In this document: in pieces, positions 8,615-19,446 of the stretch
How the letters are laid out: every line of letters begins with the position of its first letter
Position numbering within the stretch: position 1 is the stretch's first letter
Assembly (NCBI GenBank): GCA_963806035.1
Contig: CAWDWO010000013.1
Location: 1 to 64,000, forward strand
Source of the DNA: Candidatus Krumholzibacteriota bacterium
GTDB lineage: Bacteria > Krumholzibacteriota > Krumholzibacteriia > JAJRXK01
Length of the DNA stretch: 64,000 nucleotides
Direction of reading: 5' to 3'
Program-made: the position numbers and the translations under genes
Notes under the pieces: generated by a model
Seen by the model: the letters and a program-made list of their open reading frames with translations, nothing else
What the model was told of the DNA's origin: nothing
The model's database searches: none

Positions 8615-9410
8615 GGAAGAGAACAAGCAATTGAGCCCCTCGCAGCAGCGGGCGAAGGATGCCCTCGCGGGCCTTTCCCGGCCTCAGGCCGATCCGGCTT
8701 TTCGCGCCCGGCTCAAGCAGGGCTTCGTGAAGGGGGAGCTGCGCTCGCGAGCTTCGCTGGTGACGGTCCGTCCCTGGTACTTGCGCGCGGCCCTGCCCCT
8801 GGCCGCCGCCGCCGCGCTCATCCTCATGCTCAACGTCTTGAATCGGGGCCCGGCCTGGACCCTGGTTCAGGGCGAGGGAAGCGCCGTCATCGACGGCACG
8901 ACGGTCTCCTTGAGTCAGCCGGAAAAGGTGGCTGCCTTGCTGCACGGCGGTTCCAAGGTGGAGATCGCTCAGGATTCGCACGCCGTCTTCAAGCAGCGCG
9001 GCATCGTGATGGCCGAACTGGATGGCGGATCGGTCGTCTCACTGCCCAAGGCTCCCGGCCGCTGGTTCAACCGCCGCATGGAGGGCACGATCGAGAAGGG
9101 CAGGGTAAGCTGGATCACCGGATCTCGTTTCTCGGGCGCGCATCTCGTCCTGAACACGCCGGAGAGCATCATCGAAGTGGTTGGAACCTGCTTCAACCTC
9201 ATGTGTACCGAAGAGAGTACCTGTCTCTGCGTGCTCGAGGGAGTGGTCCGCGCCGAGCGGCGCAACGGTAAGACCGACATGATTTCCGGTGGTCAGCGCA
9301 AGACCATGTTCGCCGATGGATCCAAATCGGATCTGGGCGAGATCCTCGATACGAGCCGGAGTGAACTCGAAGAGCTGACGGCCATGGCCGAGAAAGAGAT
9401 GAACCGTTGA
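8607..9410 (+). CDS. Membrane anti-sigma factor with FecR-like domain
   Basis: Overlaps the sigma gene; TM helix; TP...I.V.GT.F and VLEG.V motifs. Confidence 0.8.
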   Translation: MSKEENKQLSPSQQRAKDALAGLSRPQADPAFRARLKQGFVKGELRSRASLVTVRPWYLRAALPLAAAAALILMLNVLNRGPAWTLVQGEGSAVIDGTTVSLSQPEKVAALLHGGSKVEIAQDSHAVFKQRGIVMAELDGGSVVSLPKAPGRWFNRRMEGTIEKGRVSWITGSRFSGAHLVLNTPESIIEVVGTCFNLMCTEESTCLCVLEGVVRAERRNGKTDMISGGQRKTMFADGSKSDLGEILDTSRSELEELTAMAEKEMNR

Positions 9411-9985
9411 ACCTCCTGCTGGCCATGCTGCTTCTCATTCTCCCCGCGAGCACGGGCAATGCTCCCAAGCCACAGTTCCACGACTTCGGCCAAGCGCCGG
9501 AGATCGAGCTTCCGCTGGTGGGAGAGAAGGGCTCGGTCAAGCTCTCGGAAATGCTGAAGGACGGTCCCGTCCTGGTGGATTTCTGGGCCACCTGGTGTGG
9601 ACCCTGCCGCAAACTCATGCCCGAATACGTGGAGCTCTACCAGCGTTACTCCGCGCGCGGTTTTCGAATTCTGGCCGTCAGCCAGGACATGCCGCAGATG
9701 ATCGACAAGGTGGAGTCGTACCGGAAGGACAACGAGATCCCCTTTCCCATCGTGATGGACGGCGACAAGAAAGCCGCGAAGGCGTACGGAGTGTACAGCT
9801 TGCCCACGGCGCTCTTGATCGATCGGCGACAGCACGCGGTGTCGGTGGATCTCGGCTATCGTCCGGGCAGCCGCGAAGTCTTGGCCGCCAAAATCGAGGC
9901 TCTGTTGGGGGATCCCTCCGCGGCTTCCAAGAATGCGCCCGGCGCCAAGAACGACCCCGGCGCCACGGACGATTCGATGCGCTGA
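9407..9985 (+). CDS. TlpA-family thiol:disulfide oxidoreductase
   Basis: VDFWATWCGPC; signal peptide. Confidence 0.9.
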   Translation: MNLLLAMLLLILPASTGNAPKPQFHDFGQAPEIELPLVGEKGSVKLSEMLKDGPVLVDFWATWCGPCRKLMPEYVELYQRYSARGFRILAVSQDMPQMIDKVESYRKDNEIPFPIVMDGDKKAAKAYGVYSLPTALLIDRRQHAVSVDLGYRPGSREVLAAKIEALLGDPSAASKNAPGAKNDPGATDDSMR

Positions 9986-9994
9986 GTCCAAGCG

Positions 9995-10744
9995 ATGCAG
10001 GGAAAGTCTCAGCTCGCCATCCTCATCTCGCTCTTTCTCGCGCTGTTCAGCGCGGCACTCGCGCTCTTCTCGCTTGCTCTTTTCGGACTGCTCCTTGTCG
10101 GAGTCTCGCCTCCCGAGGCGCCGCTCTTCGGGCCGATTCCTTCCTTCCCGGCGCGTCTGGCCTTCAATCTCGCTCTCTGGACGCTCTTCGGCGTGCAGCA
10201 CAGCGTCATGGCGCGCGCATCCTTCAAGGTCTGGCTCCGGCGCTTTGCTCCCTTCCTCTCCGAACGGACGCTCTACGTCTTTCTTTCTGCCCTGGTCACT
10301 CTGACACTGGTGCTCTTGTGGCAACCGCTTCACGGGAGCATCTGGAAGCTCCACTTTCCGCTCTCTCTTCTCGCCGACGGCATCGGGGTTCTGGGCTTTC
10401 TTCTGGCCCTGATCTCCAGCAGCCTCATCGATGGACTCGATCTCGTGGGACTGCGCCGGCCGCTGCTCGCGCTGAAGGGACGCGGCTATGAAGCGCCGCG
10501 CCTGGTGACTCCTCTCTTCTATCGAGTGGTACGCCACCCCATCCAGCTCGGGGTGATTCTGCTCTTGTGGGGCACCGCCCACATGAGCGCCGATCGACTG
10601 TTCATGGCGATCTGCGCAACGCTGTACATCCTCATCGCGCTGCCTTTGGAGGAGAGAGAGCTGGAGGCAGAGCATGGGGAAGCCTACCGCAGCTATCGCG
10701 CGCGCGTGCCGCGGCTGATTCCGCGCATTCGTCGGGGAAACTGA
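9995..10744 (+). CDS. Membrane methyltransferase, MddA/ICMT/nurim-like
   Basis: LFGVQHSVMAR, ERTLYV, YRVVRHPI, EEREL...GEAY..Y..RVP. Confidence 0.8.
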   Translation: MQGKSQLAILISLFLALFSAALALFSLALFGLLLVGVSPPEAPLFGPIPSFPARLAFNLALWTLFGVQHSVMARASFKVWLRRFAPFLSERTLYVFLSALVTLTLVLLWQPLHGSIWKLHFPLSLLADGIGVLGFLLALISSSLIDGLDLVGLRRPLLALKGRGYEAPRLVTPLFYRVVRHPIQLGVILLLWGTAHMSADRLFMAICATLYILIALPLEERELEAEHGEAYRSYRARVPRLIPRIRRGN

Positions 10745-10931
10745 GCAGCTTTTCGAATGGGCCCTTGCCTAATCTGGTTGCGAGGTTCAATATTTCCAGT
10801 TGTTTACCCGCCCCGGTGATGCAGGGTCGCGTGTCGTTTCCGCTCTTCATTCGCCGGCGAATTTCCGCACCGAACCCTTCGGGCCGTGGCCCCTCGGGTT
10901 ACGGCGCCTTGCCTTTTCGTATGGAGTAGAA

Positions 10932-11627
10932 ATGCAGCGGGTGGTGAATCTTTACCGGTCTTCCATCGGGAAGAAGATCGTGATGGCGGTCACCGGGTTC
11001 ATACTCGTGGCCTTTGTCGTCATCCACATGCTCGGCAATCTGAAGGTCTTCTATCCCGCGCACGACGGCGTCTACAAAATTGACGCCTACGGAGAATTCT
11101 TGAGGACGGTGGGCTATCCGGTGTTCAGCCGGGGCAACGTTCTCTGGATCTTCCGCATCGGCCTTCTCGTCACGGCGATTCTGCACATCTGGTCCGCGAT
11201 CGCGGTTTGGCGCATGAGCGCTCTGGCCCGCCCGCAGGACTATCAAAAGCGCGAATCGGTGTCCTCGACTCTGGCCTCGCGCACCATGCGCGTGGGCGGA
11301 ATCATCCTGGCCGCGTTCATCGTCTTCCACATCCTCAATCTCACCACGGGAAGCATCTTTCCGGGCGGAACCTTCGAGCACGGACAGGTGCACCACAACA
11401 TGGTGCTCACCTTTTCCATCTGGTGGGTCGCCGCTTTTTACATCGTGGCGATGATCTTCCTCGGATTGCACCTCTATCACGGTATCTGGAGCGCGTTCCA
11501 GACCCTGGGCGTGGCGAATCCGAGATACAAGCAGTGGCGGCGCACCTTAGCCGTGGTGATCGCTGTCCTCGTGAGCGCCGGGAATATTCTCATCCCTCTG
11601 GCGATCCTCATCGGCAGAGTTCACTAG
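10932..11627 (+). CDS. sdhC: Succinate dehydrogenase cytochrome b subunit
   Basis: [24 protein letters not shown]; precedes sdhAB. Confidence 0.92.
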   Translation: MQRVVNLYRSSIGKKIVMAVTGFILVAFVVIHMLGNLKVFYPAHDGVYKIDAYGEFLRTVGYPVFSRGNVLWIFRIGLLVTAILHIWSAIAVWRMSALARPQDYQKRESVSSTLASRTMRVGGIILAAFIVFHILNLTTGSIFPGGTFEHGQVHHNMVLTFSIWWVAAFYIVAMIFLGLHLYHGIWSAFQTLGVANPRYKQWRRTLAVVIAVLVSAGNILIPLAILIGRVH

Positions 11628-11638
11628 GAAGGGATGCC

Positions 11639-13549
11639 ATGAAACTCGACAGCAAAGTTCCAGGCGGGCCGATCGAGGAAAAGTGGGACCAGCATCGCTT
11701 CGACATGAAGCTGGTCAACCCGGCCAACAAGCGGAAGTTCTCGGTGATCGTGGTCGGCACGGGTCTCGCCGGCGCATCGGCCGCGGCGTCCCTGGCCGAA
11801 CTCGGCTACGAAGTGAAGACCTTCTGTTTCCAGGATTCGCCGCGCCGCGCCCACAGCATCGCGGCGCAGGGCGGGATCAACGCCGCCAAGAACTATCCCA
11901 ACGACGGCGACAGCATCTACCGGCTCTTCTACGACACGGTCAAGGGCGGTGACTTCCGCAGTCGTGAAGCCAACGTCTATCGTCTGGCGCAGGTGAGCAA
12001 CAACATCATCGATCAGTGTGTCGCCCAGGGCGTGCCCTTCGCGCGCGAGTACGGGGGCATGCTGGCCACGCGCTCCTTCGGCGGGGCTCAGGTCTCTCGC
12101 ACCTTCTACGCGCGGGGTCAGACGGGCCAGCAGCTTCTGCTGGGCGCGTACGGCGCGCTCAACCGCCAGATCCACGCGGGCAAGGTGAAGATGTATTCCC
12201 GCACCGAGATGCTCGATCTGGTGCTGGTGAACGGCAGGGCGCGCGGCATCGTGGTGCGCGACCTGGTGACGGGAAAAATCGAGAGCCACGCGGCGCACGC
12301 GGTTCTGCTGGCCACCGGCGGCTATTCGCCGGTGTTCTACCTCAGCACCAACGCGATGAACTGCAACGTGAACGCGGCCTTCCGCGCCCACAAGAAGGGC
12401 GCGGCCTTCGCCAATCCCTGCTACACCCAGATCCATCCCACCTGTATTCCGGTGCACGGCGAACGTCAGAGCAAACTGACGCTCATGAGCGAGTCGCTGC
12501 GCAACGACGGACGCGTGTGGGTGAGCAAGAAAGTGAACGACGAGCGCAAGCCGGGCGATATCCCCGAGGACGAGCGCGACTACTACCTGGAGCGCAAGTA
12601 CCCCAGCTTCGGCAACCTGGCTCCCCGCGATGTCTCCTCGCGTTCAGCAAAGGAGGTCTGCGACGAGGGCAGGGGCATCCGCGGAGGCAACGCGGTCTAC
12701 CTCGACTTCAAGGACGCCATCGCCCGCCTGGGCAAGGACGTCATCGAAGCGCGCTACGGCAATCTCTTCGAGATGTACCAGCGCATCACCGACGAGAATC
12801 CCTACGAAGTGCCCATGCGCATCTTCCCCGCACCGCACTACACCATGGGCGGGCTGTGGGTGGATTACCACCTCATGAGCACCATCCCGGGTTTGCACGT
12901 GCTGGGCGAGGCGAACTTCTCCGATCACGGCGCGAATCGCCTGGGAGCCAGCGCGCTCATGCAGGGTCTGGCCGACGGCTACTTCGTCATTCCCTACACC
13001 CTGGGTCATTACCTGGCGTCGACCTCCCTGGAGGAGGTCAACACCTCGCACCCCGCGTTCGCCGAGGCGGAGGGCGCGGCGCGCGATCGCCTGCTCAAGC
13101 TGCTGGCGATTGGCGGCAAGCGCAGCAGCGACGAGTTCCACAAGAAGCTGGGCCGCATCCTCTGGGAGTACTGCGGTCTCGCGCGCAGCGAAGAGGGGCT
13201 GAAGAAAGCGCTTCAGCTCATTCCCGAACTGCGCGGGGAATTCTGGGAAGACGTGCGCGTGCCGGGCGGAATCGACGAGTTCAATCAATCGCTGGAGAAG
13301 GCAAATCGAGTGGCCGATTTCCTGGAGTTCGCCGAGCTGCTCTGTTACGACGCGCTGCAGCGCGATGAATCTTGCGGAGCGCACCTGAGGGTGGAGCACC
13401 AGAGCGACGAGGGAGAGGCGGTTCGCAACGACGATGAGTACGCTTACGTCGCGGCCTGGGAGTACAAGGGGCTGGGCGAACGGCCCGAGCTTCACAAGGA
13501 GCCTCTCGAATTCGAGAACGTGAAACTCGCAACACGGAGTTACAAGTGA
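11639..13549 (+). CDS. sdhA: Succinate dehydrogenase/fumarate reductase flavoprotein
   Basis: [29 protein letters not shown]. Confidence 0.97.
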   Translation: MKLDSKVPGGPIEEKWDQHRFDMKLVNPANKRKFSVIVVGTGLAGASAAASLAELGYEVKTFCFQDSPRRAHSIAAQGGINAAKNYPNDGDSIYRLFYDTVKGGDFRSREANVYRLAQVSNNIIDQCVAQGVPFAREYGGMLATRSFGGAQVSRTFYARGQTGQQLLLGAYGALNRQIHAGKVKMYSRTEMLDLVLVNGRARGIVVRDLVTGKIESHAAHAVLLATGGYSPVFYLSTNAMNCNVNAAFRAHKKGAAFANPCYTQIHPTCIPVHGERQSKLTLMSESLRNDGRVWVSKKVNDERKPGDIPEDERDYYLERKYPSFGNLAPRDVSSRSAKEVCDEGRGIRGGNAVYLDFKDAIARLGKDVIEARYGNLFEMYQRITDENPYEVPMRIFPAPHYTMGGLWVDYHLMSTIPGLHVLGEANFSDHGANRLGASALMQGLADGYFVIPYTLGHYLASTSLEEVNTSHPAFAEAEGAARDRLLKLLAIGGKRSSDEFHKKLGRILWEYCGLARSEEGLKKALQLIPELRGEFWEDVRVPGGIDEFNQSLEKANRVADFLEFAELLCYDALQRDESCGAHLRVEHQSDEGEAVRNDDEYAYVAAWEYKGLGERPELHKEPLEFENVKLATRSYK

Positions 13550-14298
13550 TGGACGTCAAGCTGAAGATCTGGCGGCAGAAGGGACCGAAGGAGAAGGGCG
13601 GCTTCGTCACCTACGAGATGAAGAACGTCTCTCCCGACCAGTCGTTCTTGGAGATGCTCGACGACCTGAACGTGAAACTCACGCACGAGGGCGAGGATCC
13701 GGTGGCCTTCGATCACGATTGCCGCGAGGGAATTTGCGGAATGTGCAGCCTGGTCATCAACGGGCGGCCGCACGGTCCCATGAAGGAGACGACCACCTGC
13801 CAGGTGCACATGCGCACCTACAGGGATGGTGACACGATCACCATCGAACCCTTCCGGGCGCGCGGATTTCCCATCATCAAGGACCTGGTGGTCGATCGCA
13901 CTTCCTTCGATCGAATTCTCCAGGCGGGCGGCTATGTCTCGGTCGGCACCGGCAGTCCCCAGGACGCCAACGCCACGCCGATTCACAAGGAGGAGAGCGA
14001 CCGCGCGATGGACGCCGCCGCCTGCATCGGCTGCGGAGCCTGCGTGGCCTCCTGCCCCAACGCGAGCGCGATGCTATTCGTAGCCGCCAAGGTGAGCCAC
14101 CTGGGACTTTTGCCGCAGGGTCAGCTCGAGCGGAAGGAAAGGGTGGCGAAAATGGTGGCCCAGATGGATGCCGAGGGCTTCGGAGCCTGCAGCAACCACA
14201 CCGAGTGCGAGGCCGTGTGCCCCAAGGGCATCAGCATCGACTTCATCGCCATGCTGAATCGGGAGCTGAGCAAGTCGAAGCTGAGCGGAGTGAGCTGA
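13549..14298 (+). CDS. sdhB: Succinate dehydrogenase iron-sulfur subunit
   Basis: [28 protein letters not shown]. Confidence 0.97.
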   Translation: MDVKLKIWRQKGPKEKGGFVTYEMKNVSPDQSFLEMLDDLNVKLTHEGEDPVAFDHDCREGICGMCSLVINGRPHGPMKETTTCQVHMRTYRDGDTITIEPFRARGFPIIKDLVVDRTSFDRILQAGGYVSVGTGSPQDANATPIHKEESDRAMDAAACIGCGACVASCPNASAMLFVAAKVSHLGLLPQGQLERKERVAKMVAQMDAEGFGACSNHTECEAVCPKGISIDFIAMLNRELSKSKLSGVS

Positions 14299-14375
14299 TC
14301 CGGCGCCGGCAGCTCCAAAGGGGGGATTTCCCCCGCCCGAACGGCTAGCCTCCACGCGAGCTTTGACTATTTTTA

Positions 14376-14407
14376 GCGGGACCCCTGTGGGGTCCCGCCT
14401 TTCTTCT
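14376..14407 (+). terminator. Probable intrinsic terminator after sdhB
   Basis: GCGGGACCCC-TGT-GGGGTCCCGC followed by CTTTCTTCT. Confidence 0.55.
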
Positions 14408-14433
14408 CCCCCCGACGAACCAGTGTGGCCTGC

Positions 14434-15468
14434 ATGGCGAACGAGCGACACGCGACGACCGATGGCTTGGGGCGCCCCCTGAGGGATCTCCGCATTTCCG
14501 TGACGGACCGCTGCAACTTCCGTTGCAGCTATTGCATGCCGAATGACGAGTACGACTGGACCCCCAAGAAGGACATTCTGAGCTACGAAGAGGTGGCGCG
14601 CCTCTGCACCCTGTTGTGCCATCTGGGAGTGGAGAAAGTCCGTCTGACCGGGGGCGAGCCGCTGGTCCGCCAGGACCTGGAGAAGTTGGTGGAGATGTTG
14701 CGCAAGATCCCCGCCTTGCGGGACATCAGCCTCACCACCAACGGCGCGTTGCTCACCAAGGCGCGCGCGCGCCGGCTCAAGGAGTCCGGGCTGAGCCGTC
14801 TGAACATCAGCCTCGACAGTCTTCAGCCGGAACGCTTTGCGCAAATCAATCGCAGGGGCAAACTCGCCCAGGTTCTCTCGGGAATCGAAGCCGCCAAGGG
14901 CGCGGGACTCGGGCCCATCAAGCTCAACGCCGTCATTCTGCGAGGAATCAACGACGACGAAATCGTGGATCTCTTCGAGTTCGCGCGGCAAGAGTCTCTG
15001 CAATTGCGTTTCATCGAATACATGGACGTGGGCCAGGCCAACCACTGGGATCTCAGTCGCACCATGACCCAGACGGAAATTTTGCAAGTTCTCTCGAGCC
15101 AGTTGAAGCTGCGCAAGAAAGGTCGCCGCGATGATCGTGCGCCCGCGATGGAGTTCGTCAGTGAAGAAGGGAAGGCCACCCTCGGAGTGATCGCTTCGGT
15201 GAGTGAGCCCTTCTGCTCCAGCTGTACCCGCGCTCGTCTCACCGCCGACGGAAGGCTGGTCACCTGCCTCTTCGCGCAGGACGGCTTCGATCTGCGCGGA
15301 CCGATGCGCGAGGGGAGCAGCGACGCCGAGTTGATCCAGATGATCCAGAGAGTTTGGAGTCGACGCGGCGATCGCTACAGTGAAGAACGCCTGGAAGCCA
15401 TTCTCAGTGAGAAGGGCTACGATCCCAGCGATCACAAGAAGATCGAGATGATCCGTCTGGGCGGCTGA
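14434..15468 (+). CDS. moaA: GTP 3',8-cyclase MoaA
   Basis: LRISVTDRCNFRCSYC, FCSSCTRARL, C-terminal GG. Confidence 0.96.
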   Translation: MANERHATTDGLGRPLRDLRISVTDRCNFRCSYCMPNDEYDWTPKKDILSYEEVARLCTLLCHLGVEKVRLTGGEPLVRQDLEKLVEMLRKIPALRDISLTTNGALLTKARARRLKESGLSRLNISLDSLQPERFAQINRRGKLAQVLSGIEAAKGAGLGPIKLNAVILRGINDDEIVDLFEFARQESLQLRFIEYMDVGQANHWDLSRTMTQTEILQVLSSQLKLRKKGRRDDRAPAMEFVSEEGKATLGVIASVSEPFCSSCTRARLTADGRLVTCLFAQDGFDLRGPMREGSSDAELIQMIQRVWSRRGDRYSEERLEAILSEKGYDPSDHKKIEMIRLGG

Positions 15469-15537
15469 GACCACGGAGACCAGAGCTGGCTTCGCAATCC
15501 TTCGGCTCGGCTTCAACTTCGCTCTTCAAGCAAGTGA

Positions 15538-17058
15538 TCATTCTTCCAAGAAGGCTTCGCTGTCGCTGCTGGGCAGCTGAAAGATGCGGTGCACGCGCGC
15601 GAGTTTGCGCCGAAGCCCCTTGTTGAGCACCGCCGCGCCGCGACCGGTACGGGGCCGCCAGGCCGGGGAAGCTATCGCCAGATCCCGGTCGAGCTGCCAG
15701 TCGTGGCGATAGCGCCGCCCCTCGAGCGCGATGATTCCCGCAAGCTCCTCGCTCGAAAGTTCGTGGCTCAGGAAGCTTTCCGGTGCAAGCGAAACGTTGA
15801 CGAAGGTCTCGTGGATTTTTGCCGCGCTGAAGATGGTGTGCATGCTCCCCTCGGCACGCAGCCCCATGATGGCGAAGAGGGCGCCCCGGAAATCGCGGGC
15901 GCTATCGAACTCCCGGCCCTGCAGCTCGCTCAGGCGCGAGGAATCCAGGCCGAGCTCTTCCAGGTGCTGGAGGACCTCGCTGGAAATCTCGTAGTGAACC
16001 GGGCGGACGACCTTTTGCTCGAAGACGTTCTGCACGAAGAACAGAGAGACGTAGCACAGCACGGCGGCCGCGATGGGAGTGGTGATCCAGCCGCCAGCGA
16101 TGCCTCGTAGGAGCTTGAAATTGACGCCCCGCGCTCCTTTGGAAATGCCAATGCCCAAGACACCGCCCACCACGGCCTGCGAAGCGGAAACGGGTACCAG
16201 GGGCAATGTGGGAAGGCCGTGCGAGGCGAGCAGGTGCTCAAGGGACTCCGAGGCGAAGAGGTAGAGCACCAGCGTCTCGGAGATGACCACGACCAATGCC
16301 GCCACCGGTGTGAGCTTGAAGAGATTGCGCCCGACGGTGCGCATGGTCTCTCGCGAATAGGTGAAGATTCCCACCCCGATGGCCAGAGAACCCAGGAGAA
16401 AGAGCTGCTGCTCGCTGTCCAGGCGGATCCCGGGCAAGATCATGGCCGGTTTCAAGTGGAAGGACGGCACGAACACGCCCACCACGTTGGCGATGTTGTT
16501 GGCGCCCAGAGCCCAGGCTCCGAAGGCTCCAAAAGCGAGGAGCCCCCAACGGGTGCGCGAGTGGATGACCAGCAGATGGGTGCGGGTGCTCGCGGACCAA
16601 CGGCGGGCCAGGGTAAAGAGCACCATGGAGAAAAGAGCGGCCAGCAGGGGGCAGATGACCCAAGTTCCGACGATGCTCAGAAGCGAGCGGAGGTCGGTGG
16701 GAACTCCGGTGAAAATGTTCCAGCCCACGATGGCGCCCACGATGGCCTGGGAGGTGGACACCGGCAGATGCATGCGAGTCATCCAGGTAACCGTCAGCCC
16801 CGCGGCCAGCGCCACCGTGAAAGAACCGGCCAGGGCGTTCACCGAGCCGAGCTTGCCCAGGGTGTGAGTGGTGCCAGCGCCGCTGATCACCGCGCCCAGC
16901 ACCACGAAGAGGCTGGCCACCACCGCCGCGGTGCGAAAGCGCACCATACGAGTGCTCACCGCGGTGCCGAAGACGTTCGCGGCGTCGTTGGCGCCCAGCG
17001 ACCAACCCATGAAGAGACCACTGAGAAGGAAGAACCAGAGCACTTGGCCAGTCCTCAC
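15538..17058 (-). CDS. PiT-family inorganic phosphate transporter with C-terminal extension
   Basis: GANDAAN, PVSTSQ, GANNIAN. Confidence 0.92.
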   Translation of the reverse strand: MRTGQVLWFFLLSGLFMGWSLGANDAANVFGTAVSTRMVRFRTAAVVASLFVVLGAVISGAGTTHTLGKLGSVNALAGSFTVALAAGLTVTWMTRMHLPVSTSQAIVGAIVGWNIFTGVPTDLRSLLSIVGTWVICPLLAALFSMVLFTLARRWSASTRTHLLVIHSRTRWGLLAFGAFGAWALGANNIANVVGVFVPSFHLKPAMILPGIRLDSEQQLFLLGSLAIGVGIFTYSRETMRTVGRNLFKLTPVAALVVVISETLVLYLFASESLEHLLASHGLPTLPLVPVSASQAVVGGVLGIGISKGARGVNFKLLRGIAGGWITTPIAAAVLCYVSLFFVQNVFEQKVVRPVHYEISSEVLQHLEELGLDSSRLSELQGREFDSARDFRGALFAIMGLRAEGSMHTIFSAAKIHETFVNVSLAPESFLSHELSSEELAGIIALEGRRYRHDWQLDRDLAIASPAWRPRTGRGAAVLNKGLRRKLARVHRIFQLPSSDSEAFLEE

Positions 17059-17100
17059 TCGCTCGCGATGAGGTCACCGTCGAGCCGCGGGGCCCACTGC

Positions 17101-17744
17101 TTAGAGGGAGCGTTTGATGTTGGCGATCGCCAGGCGATCGCAGACATCCTCGGCTCCGTCAGCGATTCGATCGATCCGCACCGAGAAATCACGTTGATGC
17201 AGTTTGGACGCCAGATCGATGTCCGCCGCGAAGAGCTGGCGCCGGATCTTCCCCCGACGCGATCGCTCGCCTGTTCGTGGAAGCGCGCGCGGGCGATGTG
17301 ATCCCTCACCGCCTTGGGATCGCGAAAATACGAGCGGGCCGCCATGACCATTTCGTCCACGCAATCCACCGTGGAGGCGATCAGCTCGCGGAAATCCGTC
17401 AATAGCTCGGGCAGGATCTCCGGTTTCTCCACAGAAAAATCCTGCAGGTTTTCTTCACAGCGGTTGATGACCTTGTCGATGGTCTCGAGCAATCCCAGGA
17501 TGTCGCCGCGCGACTCGGGCAGAAGGGTCTCCGTGTAGAGCCGGGTCTCGATCTCGCGGCGCAGCTCGTCGGCTTTCGACTCCAGTTTCTGCAGGTCGTG
17601 GAGGCGGTCGCTGAAGTCGCCGTGGCGATCCTCCATGTAGTGGTCAAGCGCGGAGCGAAAGATCAATCCGCCCTGCACGACCAGATCGAGATACTCGTCG
17701 ATCTGCCGCTCCAGCCTGCGCGTGCGGTGGAAGAGGATATCCAT
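17101..17744 (-). pseudogene. DUF47 phosphate transport regulator, frameshift near 17250
   Basis: LESKADELRREIE...LLPESR; the C-terminus (IADGAEDVCDRL) is in another frame after a G run. Confidence 0.8.
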
Positions 17745-17776
17745 GGTGCTCTCCGGGAATGAGATCAGCGCGTGTT

Positions 17777-18742
17777 TCAGTGTCCCGAGGCGAGCGGGGG
17801 CAGGAATCGATCGTGGAAGAGCCCGTGGCGCAGGCCCCGTTCGCTCACGACGAGGGAACCAAGGCCCAGGACCTCGAAGACTCCGGCCACGATACACGCC
17901 CCGGCCAGAATGACGTCGGCCCGGTCTTCGGCCAAGCCGTCGATGCCCTGGCGCTCCTTGAGGGGAAGACGCGCGTAGAGATCAATTTGCCGCTCGACTT
18001 CCTCTCTCCTCACAACTGTATTTCGAATTTTGTGCGGGTCAAAGCTTTTCATGCCGAGTTGCACCGCCGCCAGGGTGGTGATGGTGCCCCCCATGCCGAC
18101 CAGTCGCTGGACCTCTCCGGCAGGGGAGAGGAGCCGGGGAACCTGGGCCAGGGAGCGGCGAACGCTTGCTCGTAGATCCTCGAGCTCGTCGGGGCTGGGG
18201 GGATCGCGGTGCAGATGTTCTTCGCTGGGTCGGCGGACGCCCAGATTGATGCTCATGCGGCTGGCGATCGCGGAAGCGTCACCCAGGATGAACTCGGTGC
18301 TACCGCCACCGATGTCGAAGACACAGGCAGGCTCTTTGAGAGTGTCCAGGCCGCTGATCACACCCAGGAAGGAGAGGCGCGCCTCTTCCTCGCCGGGGAT
18401 GATCTCGACCTCGATCCCGCAACGCTCCCTCGCCGCCTGCACGAACTCGTCGGCGTTGCGCGCTTCCCGCAGAGCCATCGTGCCGGCGACCACGAAATCG
18501 ACGGCGCCTTTGGCTCGCGCGCGCGAGACGAAGCGATCCAGTTGTTCGATGTTACGGGAGATGGCAGCCTGGGTGAGGAGACCGGTCGCGGCGAGTCCTT
18601 CGCCGAGCCGGGTAATCGCCAGATCTTCCAGCACGGGTGGAATCACTTGGATCCCCGTGCTGGAAGATGCTGGCGTGTTCGTGTCTCCCACGAAAAGCTT
18701 CATCGAGTTGGTGCCAATGTCGATCGCAGCGCAAATGGGCAC
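17777..18742 (-). CDS. ppx: Ppx/GppA exopolyphosphatase
   Basis: IDIGTNS, EEEARL, DIGGGSTE, GLRHG. Confidence 0.92.
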   Translation of the reverse strand: MPICAAIDIGTNSMKLFVGDTNTPASSSTGIQVIPPVLEDLAITRLGEGLAATGLLTQAAISRNIEQLDRFVSRARAKGAVDFVVAGTMALREARNADEFVQAARERCGIEVEIIPGEEEARLSFLGVISGLDTLKEPACVFDIGGGSTEFILGDASAIASRMSINLGVRRPSEEHLHRDPPSPDELEDLRASVRRSLAQVPRLLSPAGEVQRLVGMGGTITTLAAVQLGMKSFDPHKIRNTVVRREEVERQIDLYARLPLKERQGIDGLAEDRADVILAGACIVAGVFEVLGLGSLVVSERGLRHGLFHDRFLPPLASGH

Positions 18743-18794
18743 GAACTCAACGCTCCTGGCGGGAGACTACGAGCTGCATTCCCCGGATTTCAGG

Positions 18795-19238
18795 CTAGAG
18801 TTTGGTGACTTGCGGATTCTCCAATTTGACCAGGTCGCCGTCGTGGTGAACGGTGCCGGTGACCTTCAGGTCGAGGCCGTCATAGCGATTTTGGAACCAC
18901 TCGGAATCCTCTGCCACGTCCAGAACGTAGATTCCGCCGTCGGCGGTCTGAACCGCGGCGCTGCAGCTGGTACCCACGTGATAGTTGCAGTGGCCACAGC
19001 CCAGCTTGCCGGAGATCGTGACTTCCTGGCCCTCGGGCATCGAAGCGAGTTCGGTCTTGGCCGCGGCTTCCTGCGCGGAATCGATCGCGTCCTTGGGAGT
19101 TTCAGCCATTTGCGTCTGGTCCGCGGTCGTGTTGCCGCTGGCAGCGTTGTCCGCGGCCTGATCCTTGGATCCTCCCTGTGAACATCCAGCGATCAGAAGA
19201 AGAGTGAGTGCGGCGAAAGTGGTTAGGTACCTCATCAT
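18795..19238 (-). CDS. Lipoprotein with CGHC motif
   Basis: Lipobox IAGC; LGCGHCNYHVGTSC. Confidence 0.75.
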   Translation of the reverse strand: MMRYLTTFAALTLLLIAGCSQGGSKDQAADNAASGNTTADQTQMAETPKDAIDSAQEAAAKTELASMPEGQEVTISGKLGCGHCNYHVGTSCSAAVQTADGGIYVLDVAEDSEWFQNRYDGLDLKVTGTVHHDGDLVKLENPQVTKL

Positions 19239-19446
19239 GTGATGCTCCTCTGAAAAATATACGGGGAAGCAAGAGCTCCATCGACACAGCACTCCACACT
19301 ATGATGACCTCCCGACGAGTCCGCCACCGAAAAAGGGGACTCGGGGGCCTGGCGGGCACGCAATCGCCGAAACTCGCTTCTTTGGTGGACAGAGCGGCCC
19401 GATGGGCTACTCTGGGATCGGCCAAGCATGAAGGCCTCAGAAAACC

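Noticed and set aside
14299..14433. Moco riboswitch upstream of moaA
   Set aside because: Only simple hairpins are visible and I could not recognise the motif; a terminator explains them.
18795..19238. c-type cytochrome
   Set aside because: CGHC is followed by N, so it is not a CxxCH motif.
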